In this document: one piece after another, positions 18,181-25,134 of the stretch
Numbering within the stretch: position 1 is the stretch's first letter
Layout of the letters: each line of letters begins with the position of its first letter
Virus record (IMG/VR): IMGVR_UViG_3300025033_000042
Coordinates: 1-36,296 of that record
Source: a virus
Taxonomy: Duplodnaviria > Caudoviricetes
DNA: 36,296 nucleotides
Direction: 5' to 3' (one strand)
The notes under the pieces: model-generated
Told to the model about the DNA's origin: nothing
Database searches by the model: none
Seen by the model: the letters and a program-made list of their open reading frames with translations, nothing else
Translations under genes and position numbers: made by a program

Positions 18181-18629
18181 TACTTCCTCCGATGAGGCAA
18201 GAGGGAACCATCGGGGTGATGGTGAGCGCCGGGCAGCGTGCCCTTGACGAAAGTGAAGGCTTCCCACACTTCCTTCGGGACAGCCCACCCCTTAATCGTG
18301 TTGACGCCCCTCTTCCACCAGAACCATCGGCGGTGAGCGCCATCGATCAGGATATGCGTCCCGCCAGGCCACAGGCCCACGATGACAGGTTCCGACGCTT
18401 CGAGCAGGGTCATGCTGTCCATGCGCGGCTGCTCGAGACCGTGCCGCTCAATGAGCTGCTCCTCGGTCTCGTCGCCAGGGAAAGTGAGGTTGATCACCTT
18501 GTCCTTCGCATTGGCGAGCAGCCACTGGCGCAACTGGCCGCTGAAAATTGTGACCTCTTCGTCCCCGTCGTTCGGCGTGAACGTATATGTCTCTTCGCGG
18601 ACCGTCATGGTAATGAGCTCCAGCGCCAT
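18180..18629 (-). CDS. Hypothetical protein with ParB/Srx-like motif
   Basis: EPVIVG..ILIDGAHR. Confidence 0.65.
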   Translation of the reverse strand: MALELITMTVREETYTFTPNDGDEEVTIFSGQLRQWLLANAKDKVINLTFPGDETEEQLIERHGLEQPRMDSMTLLEASEPVIVGLWPGGTHILIDGAHRRWFWWKRGVNTIKGWAVPKEVWEAFTFVKGTLPGAHHHPDGSLLPHRRK

Positions 18630-18832
18630 CAGTAGTTCTCCGACAGGTAGGTGATCGCCGCGTTATGGCCGAGACCATACTGGTCGGGCAACGACGCGAA
18701 CTCGTGCGGCTGGTGAGTGAGCGGGCGACCCGCTTCACGGTCGGTTGCGTTCTGCTCCTGCATCGACGCAAGGTGCGCTTGCATACAGGCAGCTTGAGTA
18801 ATCAGGAACGCGGCTCGTGCGTGCTGGTCCAT
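18629..18832 (-). CDS. Hypothetical protein
   Basis: ATG 18832 in TAATG overlap; GGAGG RBS. Confidence 0.65.
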   Translation of the reverse strand: MDQHARAAFLITQAACMQAHLASMQEQNATDREAGRPLTHQPHEFASLPDQYGLGHNAAITYLSENY

Positions 18833-19077
18833 TAGCTGATCCTCCAGACCATAAGGATCGGACCATCGCGCAGCGTGCGCCAACGGCGTCCGGCCGCATT
18901 GTTCTTGTTCAGGCTGTAGATGCGCGACCGCAAGCGCTTCATCTCCTTGTCCGTGAGCTCATACTCGCCGGCTCGGGCAAGCGGGATACGGTGAATGTCG
19001 GACTCGCTCGGAAGCCCGCGCTGCACCTTCGTATGAGGGAGCTTGCTCACATCGGGCAGACGGACCACGTTACCCAT
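18832..19077 (-). CDS. Basic hypothetical protein
   Basis: GGAG RBS; coupled to neighbours. Confidence 0.7.
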   Translation of the reverse strand: MGNVVRLPDVSKLPHTKVQRGLPSESDIHRIPLARAGEYELTDKEMKRLRSRIYSLNKNNAAGRRWRTLRDGPILMVWRIS

Positions 19078-19330
19078 TGACCATCTCCATCATAATGCCG
19101 TGCGAAATCGGCTGCACCGAGGCAAACCGAGTCCCGAACGACGTGCTCCGGCTGACGGTCATTGCGGCGAGTCCCTTTATGCGTGCGCCGCGCTCCGTCG
19201 GCACCGAGCTGCACCCGTCCTCCTTGTTGTGGTCACCCACGAACTTCCGGGCGCGATCTGCACCCTCCTCGAACGAGCCCACAATGCAGACCTCGTCGTG
19301 GTGTTTGGTCTTCTGTCGGTATAAGAACAT
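19070..19330 (-). CDS. Hypothetical protein
   Basis: ATG 19330 after AAGGAGGCAGTCA. Confidence 0.7.
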   Translation of the reverse strand: MFLYRQKTKHHDEVCIVGSFEEGADRARKFVGDHNKEDGCSSVPTERGARIKGLAAMTVSRSTSFGTRFASVQPISHGIMMEMVNG

Positions 19331-19394
19331 TGACTGCCTCCTTGCAATACCCGAACAACGGGCGTTGCTATTGTATTGCACACGCCCGCCTGAT

Positions 19395-19613
19395 TTACAA
19401 GGGGCCTTTTACAGGTCGCCCGATTTCACGGTTTTCGGGGAGGGAGGCCGGTGATGACCACAGTCCAAGCTCACGACTGCCGTCAGTGTCCGTGCGGACC
19501 CTATGCAGGTTGGCAGCGTGGTGGATTAACTCGAGCGGAGTAATAGGTGCCCACTCCGCGTCTGGCTCATCGTCAACGAAGCTAAGACCCATGTAGCTCC
19601 AGGAAACTTGCAT
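19395..19613 (-). CDS. Hypothetical protein
   Basis: ATG 19613 with AAGGA RBS. Confidence 0.5.
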   Translation of the reverse strand: MQVSWSYMGLSFVDDEPDAEWAPITPLELIHHAANLHRVRTDTDGSRELGLWSSPASLPENREIGRPVKGPL

Positions 19614-19895
19614 ATAGAACGATCCTTTACTTAGATGCACGCTATAGCATAGCAGCGGCACACACTGGAGCACAAGCGGAACTGTTAGATGAAACTACTG
19701 TCTCGGGAGGGCCTACAGTATGAGCAACAGACGTTGTAGAGGAAAAACATACGCCAGCTGGATCACCTCGGGATGCCGGGCTCCGAGGCCCGAGAATTGA
19801 CATCCTAGCCCGAGGGCTCGGTCTTCGTCATGAAGGTGAGTGAGTCGTCCTGATCGCGCCCCAGCGGGCCTTGTATCGGCCTACAGCTAGTCATG

Positions 19896-19920
19896 AAAAG
19901 GGGCGCCCGAAGGCACCCCT
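19896..19920 (-). terminator. Rho-independent terminator
   Basis: AGGGGTGCC-TTCG-GGCGCCCCT-TTT. Confidence 0.75.
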
Positions 19921-19949
19921 CTTGATGGTGTAGGCTGTGGAGGTGGAGC

Positions 19950-20237
19950 TCAGCGACCCCTGTCCTCCACGTGGCGGATCCGCTCCACAGGCTTGCCCGT
20001 CGCCTCAGCAATCTCGAAGCGAGCCGTCAGGTTGAAGGCAGCGTAGAGAGCCTGATACTGGCGGAGCTCGTCCACCATGCGGTGAGCCCGTTCGTAGTCC
20101 TCTGACTCAACAGCGCTGGCGATCCAATTCTTGAGCGCCTGGGAATGGCTGTCAACAACCTTGTGGACATTCCGAGCCTGTTCCTCCGACATGGTGAACT
20201 GGAAGTCAAATCCTGATAGCTTGATGGGGTCGGTCAT
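19950..20237 (-). CDS. Hypothetical protein
   Basis: ATG 20237 with GAGGA RBS. Confidence 0.7.
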   Translation of the reverse strand: MTDPIKLSGFDFQFTMSEEQARNVHKVVDSHSQALKNWIASAVESEDYERAHRMVDELRQYQALYAAFNLTARFEIAEATGKPVERIRHVEDRGR

Positions 20238-20248
20238 GATGTGGTTCC

Positions 20249-20452
20249 TCAATTGTGTTGGCGGATAGCGTCAAAGCGAGCCATCCAGTTGCTGATTCGA
20301 GCATTCGAAATGAGCTGCTGGCGTTCCGCGTTGCGGCGCACCTGCTGGCGCTGATCGGCCCAAGAGGTAAGCGCCGCAGAAACTCGTTGCCGGCGTTCCA
20401 GGGTGATTCGCTCGTCAAGAAGAACGGCAATAGGTTGATTGGTCATGATCAC
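20249..20452 (-). CDS. Hypothetical protein
   Basis: TAAGGAG RBS; start GTG 20452 or ATG 20446. Confidence 0.6.
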   Translation of the reverse strand: MIMTNQPIAVLLDERITLERRQRVSAALTSWADQRQQVRRNAERQQLISNARISNWMARFDAIRQHN

Positions 20453-20462
20453 TACTCCTTAG

Positions 20463-20492
20463 AAAAGTGAGGGGAGCCGGGTGGCTCCCCTC
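20463..20492 (-). terminator. Rho-independent terminator
   Basis: GAGGGGAGCC-ACCC-GGCTCCCCTC-ACTTTT. Confidence 0.75.
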
Positions 20493-20502
20493 GGGTTGGC
20501 GG

Positions 20503-20934
20503 TTACTCCGCTTCGGCAGGCGCAGCGGCCTTCTTCTGGCGTCCGGTGATCCCGTTAAACTTCCGCCACTGATAGAATTCGATGCTGGCGTTGTTCGGGT
20601 TCCATCCATTTTCCTCGGCAAGCATCTTTACGAACTGGGCATCGGGGATCTCACCCTCGTTCTCGCGATACTCGTCCAGGGCGTCCCACACTGCGCGGCA
20701 GCGACCACCCGCGGACGGGCGCTTGATACCATTCTGCTCCGGACGATTCTTCTCGATCTTCAGGCCGACCGCCACCTGAGTGGGCTTCGTGCTGACCGGC
20801 AGCGGCTTGCTGGCGGTGCTACCAGCGGGAGCGGTTGCTTCAGCGAGCATCGTCTCCAGCGTGGCGAGGTTGGCCTTCTTCGGAGCTTCGACATTGAGGT
20901 CCGAAAGGGCGGCACGGATTTCATTCTTGGTCAT
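20503..20934 (-). CDS. Putative DNA-binding early protein, first gene of left arm
   Basis: ATG 20934 with AAGGA RBS; HeH/SAP-like N-terminus and helical C-terminal domain; own promoter and terminator. Confidence 0.75.
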   Translation of the reverse strand: MTKNEIRAALSDLNVEAPKKANLATLETMLAEATAPAGSTASKPLPVSTKPTQVAVGLKIEKNRPEQNGIKRPSAGGRCRAVWDALDEYRENEGEIPDAQFVKMLAEENGWNPNNASIEFYQWRKFNGITGRQKKAAAPAEAE

Positions 20935-20986
20935 GTTGACTTCCTTCTTGCTTGCATCCGGTCTAGCAGGTTGCTGCCGGTTCCCC

Positions 20987-21019
20987 ATTATACTCGCGGA
21001 ACTATTAACAGCACATTAA
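20987..21019 (-). promoter_or_regulatory. Promoter with perfect -10 and a CtrA-type box over the -35 position
   Basis: TTAA-tgtgctg-TTAA-N12-TATAAT. Confidence 0.7.
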
Positions 21020-21132
21020 TAGCAGACCCATTCTTTTGCCAGCCGGCGCCAGCCGACCTATCAGGACGAAAGCGCCAGTTCCGTTACGCGGGTAATATCG
21101 CACCGGCGGGCGCCCGCATAGGTCCGCAGACC

Positions 21133-21148
21133 TTAACATACCATTAAC
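21133..21148 (+). promoter_or_regulatory. CtrA-type box
   Basis: TTAA-catacca-TTAAC. Confidence 0.7.
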
Positions 21149-21428
21149 AGCCCGCACGATTTCCAGACTTATTTTGCCTCAGGGCGAATGGGTCCGTTAA
21201 GTCATTGAATTAAAAGGGAAATCGCAATCAGGAGGGCTTCGCCACTAGGGGTCGGAAAATGCGGATCAGGGCTGTAGCCCGGCTTAAATCGGCCTACAGC
21301 CGGATGTCCCATCTTGGCGACGTATTCTTCTCAGGACAGGTCGGCTCGCTCGAGCTCATGGGCATAGGTCTGTGATCGACAAGCGATTTGTGCGACCGAA
21401 GCGCACTTTAGGCGTAACGGCCGCAATC

Positions 21429-21457
21429 TTGCAACAGGGGCCGGCCGGTGCTATACT
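21429..21457 (+). promoter_or_regulatory. Rightward sigma70-like promoter inside the control region
   Basis: TTGCAA-N17-TATACT. Confidence 0.6.
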
Positions 21458-21543
21458 GTGTTATGGATGCGACACCTACCTCGATGCGCCACAGGGGCGT
21501 CATGACGATACCGGTCGCATCATGGCGACTCGCTCGATTCATG

Positions 21544-21559
21544 GTTAACGCGGCGTTAA
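21544..21559 (-). promoter_or_regulatory. CtrA-type box, with extra half-sites to 21600
   Basis: TTAA-cgccgcg-TTAAC on minus. Confidence 0.65.
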
Positions 21560-21627
21560 TCATATCTGTTAAGGTTAACTCTCTCGAGCAAAAAATTAAC
21601 CCGATTCGGTGAAATCGGTCGAGGCCG

Positions 21628-21670
21628 CCCACCTACTATTTTTTGAATCCCCCACCTACTATTTTTTGAA
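21628..21670. repeat. Perfect 20-nt direct repeat, two copies
   Basis: CCCACCTACTATTTTTTGAA at 21628-21647 and 21651-21670. Confidence 0.95.
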
Positions 21671-21697
21671 CCGACTTGGTGCAGGCGGGACCCATCG

Positions 21698-21730
21698 AAA
21701 AGTGGGCCCGCCGGGGGTATGGCGGGCCCA
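21698..21730 (-). terminator. Terminator closing the candidate ncRNA
   Basis: TGGGCCCGCC-N8-GGCGGGCCCA then CTTTT. Confidence 0.65.
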
Positions 21731-21732
21731 TA

Positions 21733-22112
21733 GGTGCAAGCGGGCAGTCAACCCCTCTTGGCGCCACCGCATTGAGCTTAATGGCGCCTCACGGAGCGAA
21801 GGAGATACCCCGAGCGTCTGCAACTTATTGACGCATCCACCTGTCCATCCGGTGGATAGGCGCCCTGCCGATGGACAGCAGAGACGCCCACTGATGACCA
21901 CATGCCTACCGTGCCAAGCGCCTGTCAGCTGTGGCTTCAGCATTTGCCATTCGACTTACGTCTAGCGGCTGTTCAGTTCATTCTTCGCCACCAATGGATT
22001 ATCTGGTCAGGTCCCGCACTGGCACGGCTGTCTGATCCCACCCGATAGCGTCATACGAACTTGTAACCCCCTGCAGAGGTGTCCCCATCAACTACCGGAT
22101 TAACCAGCTTGC
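21733..22112 (-). ncRNA. Candidate ~380-nt structured non-coding RNA
   Basis: Bounded by promoter and terminator; nested 5'/3' helices with G-U pairs valid only on minus; GNRA loop; no convincing ORF. Confidence 0.65.
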
Positions 22113-22116
22113 CCTT

Positions 22117-22145
22117 ACAATAGGGAGCGCTTTCGGATGTTGCAA
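22117..22145 (-). promoter_or_regulatory. Promoter of the candidate ncRNA
   Basis: TTGCAA-N17-TATTGT; shares TTGCAACATC with the 16292 promoter. Confidence 0.65.
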
Positions 22146-22169
22146 GCACTTTCTTACGATAGAATAAAT

Positions 22170-22580
22170 CGTGCCAATTATCTGCCAATTTTCTCTAGAC
22201 ATATAGAACTCAGATATCATCCGAGGGAGGGGCGAACTGTATTAGGGGAGGGACCCTAACACAATACTGTCCGGGGCCCTGAAAACAGTATTTAGGTCGA
22301 CTTACTACACATCTATACAGTGAAAATAACACCTCCTTTACCCTATAGGGTATAGAAACAAAGAAACATAGATACCATTATAGTGAAAGTGGCACAATTT
22401 TGTGCCATCGGGGGGAGGACCCGAGAGCCACTTGTGCTGGTGCCAAGGGGTTTAGCGTTTTCGTGTTTTGCGTTTCACAGCATTACTGTATAGGGGGCCT
22501 CCCCTTAGCACAGTATTGTTCGCCCTCCCCCTACAGTATTGCCTGTTTCTGCTACATCGGACACTTCTATTGCCAATTTT
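22170..22580. repeat. Inverted-repeat and palindrome cluster around an AT-rich core (origin or packaging-site candidate)
   Basis: Mirror-image arms 22225-22292 and 22482-22540; palindromes TACCCTATAGGGTA (22339-22352) and TGGCACAA-tt-TTGTGCCA (22390-22407). Confidence 0.55.
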
Positions 22581-22629
22581 CAATCACATAGCAGGTTTCA
22601 CTTACCTATACGGGAGGGGCACAAGCCTG

Positions 22630-22658
22630 TTGCGATACGAGCGCCAACCCGCTACACT
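22630..22658 (+). promoter_or_regulatory. First promoter of right arm
   Basis: TTGCGA-N17-TACACT. Confidence 0.65.
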
Positions 22659-22695
22659 GCAACACGACCAGTGTGGTCACGCAGGGAGTCAAGCA

Positions 22696-22917
22696 ATGCT
22701 ATCATCTGATTCAAGGTGTTCAGCTAGAGTTAAGTATAAAAACTCATTTGGTGGGCATAACCAATGTTTGAACAAAGCCCAGCCCGGAAAAGACTTATGT
22801 GCAGTTCACTTGGCACGAAAGATTGCAATGGCTCGAAGGAAGGAGAAAAGTAATGGATTGGCTTGTGGTTGGCCCGATGCTGTTTATTGGAATAGCGGCG
22901 GCTGCGTTGCTCAGTGA
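22696..22917 (+). CDS. Small Cys/His-rich hypothetical protein
   Basis: ATG 22696 with GGGAG RBS just after the promoter. Confidence 0.55.
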   Translation: MLSSDSRCSARVKYKNSFGGHNQCLNKAQPGKDLCAVHLARKIAMARRKEKSNGLACGWPDAVYWNSGGCVAQ

Positions 22918-23128
22918 ACGCATCCTGCACTGGATGTTCTTCAAGAAGCCGGATTCAAACTTGTGGATGGGTCCGGATGGTGTGCTTCTTGATAAAACAG
23001 AACAGTGCTCGGAATGCTGGTGCCCGTGGAAGTGCGTCAATCCGACGCTATGTCCGCGCTCAGATATGTATGCGCCGGCGGGCATAGCTGGTGCGCTCGA
23101 GAGAAGGCACCGCAATGACCACACTTGA
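22853..23128 (+). CDS. Small membrane-anchored Cys-rich protein
   Basis: ATG 22853 with AAGGAG; N-terminal TM; CSECWCPWKC..C. Confidence 0.6.
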   Translation: MDWLVVGPMLFIGIAAAALLSERILHWMFFKKPDSNLWMGPDGVLLDKTEQCSECWCPWKCVNPTLCPRSDMYAPAGIAGALERRHRNDHT

Positions 23129-23333
23129 GCAGATGATCCAGCGGTCCGTGCCTGTCGCGCCAATGGCAAGCCCGAACACTACCTCGCCGGCGTCAACGTA
23201 GCGGAGGCCCACGCTGCGGCTGAGCAGTTGGAGGCCATGCGTGCTACGATGCAGACGTTCGTCGACAGGATGGGGCAAAGGCGAGGTCCGCAGTCGGCGC
23301 ACCTATGCGCAGTTCAAGGAGTTGCTGAAATGA
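23115..23333 (+). pseudogene. Small gene broken by two compensating frameshifts (or sequencing errors)
   Basis: ATG 23115 and TGA 23333 share a frame but TAG 23199 interrupts it; the middle reads as protein in another frame. Confidence 0.5.
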
Positions 23334-23851
23334 GCACGATTCTGGATATATATCTTGAGCAGCGCGGACGGATGGTGCAAGCATATATCATGCCAACCTT
23401 CGTTAGCTTCAACTATGAGGGGTATTCGCAGGCGCTGGAAGCTATGCTCAAGGACGGTGCAGAGCTCAATCAGGAGGTCCGAACCTATTGCGGGTTGCCT
23501 TACTTCCTAAAGCGCGATCAGGAAGAGCTTATCAAGCTGGGCTCGTCGTGCGAAAGCCCTCCACTACCTAAGCTGGTGGAGGTCAACGACAACAGGTGGC
23601 ACCTGCCTAGCGTCAACGAAGGGTTGCGTCTGGCGCGCTTGTGCAATGGCCACGCAACGCCGCACGACATCGCGGAGGGGAAGAAGAACGTTAGCCCGAC
23701 CGACGATGCTTATATGCGCGCTTGCCGTGCCCTCAACTGGCGCAACGCTGAGCTCCGGTTCTATGGGCTCGAGCCTATTGCGCTGCCCGACGATGCTCCA
23801 CACTACCCTCCGGACGACTTTGACTTCGGAGCTGCGCATGACGGACGATAA
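23330..23851 (+). CDS. Hypothetical protein
   Basis: ATG 23330 with AAGGAG RBS. Confidence 0.7.
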   Translation: MSTILDIYLEQRGRMVQAYIMPTFVSFNYEGYSQALEAMLKDGAELNQEVRTYCGLPYFLKRDQEELIKLGSSCESPPLPKLVEVNDNRWHLPSVNEGLRLARLCNGHATPHDIAEGKKNVSPTDDAYMRACRALNWRNAELRFYGLEPIALPDDAPHYPPDDFDFGAAHDGR

Positions 23852-24125
23852 GATACGCCCGCTGCGGCAGGGTATCGTTGGCTCACCTGACAAGCAACAG
23901 TTTCTAGATGCGGTCGCTACTGCATACGACAAGCTGACGGGTGGGCCCGGTCCACCTGTTGCACTGGTCTTTGCCTTCGTCGCTGAGACAGGGGAGGCCA
24001 ATCCTAGCTACATCACACTCTCGAAGGTGGACGACCGAAACCTGCTCTACCTTGCCCGCGCTGTAATGGCGCTCAACTCCGACTATCACGTATGGGACAG
24101 GGATGCCAATGATACAAATAGTTGA
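23838..24125 (+). CDS. Hypothetical protein
   Basis: ATG 23838 with GGAG RBS. Confidence 0.7.
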   Translation: MTDDKIRPLRQGIVGSPDKQQFLDAVATAYDKLTGGPGPPVALVFAFVAETGEANPSYITLSKVDDRNLLYLARAVMALNSDYHVWDRDANDTNS

Positions 24126-24792
24126 GAACCCTCGTCTCGGGAGACTGAAAGACCGTCTGCTTCAACGCGACGTAACGGTTGAGGAGGTGTGGGAATACAT
24201 TACCATTCAGCATCAACCTCACGCTGGGCAGACGCCTCAGAGCCCTGCAAGCTTCGTGACGCAAGAGGACCTTGTCCACTTCTGGTCGCTTCACGACTGG
24301 TGGGAACCTGTCAAAGATAAGCCTACGAACGCACCTACGCCTCTGATTAGTCAGTTCTGCTGGTATGTGAACACACCTTCGAACACTACGCCAGTCACGT
24401 TTATGGACGCTATGATGCAGTTCTATAACCGTGCGCTGGCATGGTGCGAAGCTAACGAGCTTGACCCTATCAATCCCGGTGAAACAGCAGCGCAGCGCAA
24501 GCGCAGATTGAATCGTGAGCGGATGGCTAAAGTGCGCGAGCATCGTGCTACGCCTAAGAAGGCGCTGGAAGGAGATTCTGAACTAGCTGCGCAGGTGAAG
24601 GCGCTGGAGGACCAGTGCTCGGATCTTAAGGTCGAAGCCAAGCTGGCTGAGGAATGGGCTAAGGGTGAAGTGCTTCGGCACCAAGAAGCCATGATAGAGG
24701 CAGCAGCCAAGCGAAAAGAAATCGCAGCTGACTTCAAGACACGCATCGAAAAGTTGCGCACAGAAATTCGCACTTTGATTGCAAAACAGTAG
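24103..24792 (+). CDS. Hypothetical protein with basic patch and C-terminal coiled coil
   Basis: 229-aa ORF; QRKRRLNRERMAKVR. Confidence 0.75.
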   Translation: MPMIQIVENPRLGRLKDRLLQRDVTVEEVWEYITIQHQPHAGQTPQSPASFVTQEDLVHFWSLHDWWEPVKDKPTNAPTPLISQFCWYVNTPSNTTPVTFMDAMMQFYNRALAWCEANELDPINPGETAAQRKRRLNRERMAKVREHRATPKKALEGDSELAAQVKALEDQCSDLKVEAKLAEEWAKGEVLRHQEAMIEAAAKRKEIAADFKTRIEKLRTEIRTLIAKQ

Positions 24793-24821
24793 TTGCGATT
24801 TTTATGCCAGCCGCTTATGCT
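24793..24821 (+). promoter_or_regulatory. Promoter of HTH-primase operon
   Basis: TTGCGA-N17-TATGCT. Confidence 0.6.
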
Positions 24822-24900
24822 GTGCGTGATACGGCCAGCCCCTCTTTCACCGCCGCGATGGTGATACGGGCTGGTCTTCTTGACAAGGGATGGGGCGGTC

Positions 24901-25134
24901 GTGTCGTTGCAGCAAGCTTTTGACGAAACCTACATTAGTTCCACAGAAATATGCCAGCGACTAGACGTTAACCGAAGCACCATCTTTAACGGTGCCCGCG
25001 CCGGCAAGCTTCCTGAAGCTATCGTAATCCGGCGTGCCGACGGTGGCACGCATATCCTCTTATGGCTGCGAGCCGAAGCTGAACCCATGATGGAAGAGTG
25101 GGCCAAAGCTATCGCATCGAGGAAAGGGTTGTGA
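24901..25134 (+). CDS. AlpA/excisionase-like HTH DNA-binding protein
   Basis: YISSTEICQRLDVNRSTIF..AGKLPEAI; start uncertain (24880 or 24901). Confidence 0.75.
   Translation: MSLQQAFDETYISSTEICQRLDVNRSTIFNGARAGKLPEAIVIRRADGGTHILLWLRAEAEPMMEEWAKAIASRKGL

Noticed and set aside
19680-19895. Possible small RNA or ORF after the 19896 terminator
   Set aside because: Only short hairpins and ORFs under 30 aa; no promoter identified
21197-21213. Fourth full CtrA box
   Set aside because: TTAA half-sites are 9 nt apart, not 7
21628-21670. Possible mini-CRISPR array, given the Cas4-like gene
   Set aside because: Only two units with a 3-nt spacer; solo Cas4-like exonucleases are normal in phage recombination modules
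21609-21965. Track ORFs 21659-21943 (-) and 21609-21965 (+)
   Set aside because: No RBS, atypical composition, and both cross a terminator hairpin and repeats; RNA structure explains the region better
22263-22292. LexA SOS box
   Set aside because: CTGT-ACAG spacing is 14, not 8, and it does not match the alphaproteobacterial GTTC-N7-GTTC form
20990-22690. tRNA, tmRNA or att site in the control region
   Set aside because: No cloverleaf or T-loop signature seen by eye, and no integrase in the window
22811-22827. Sigma54-like TGGCACG..TTGC
   Set aside because: GG to GC spacing is 11 rather than the required 10, and it lies inside an ORF
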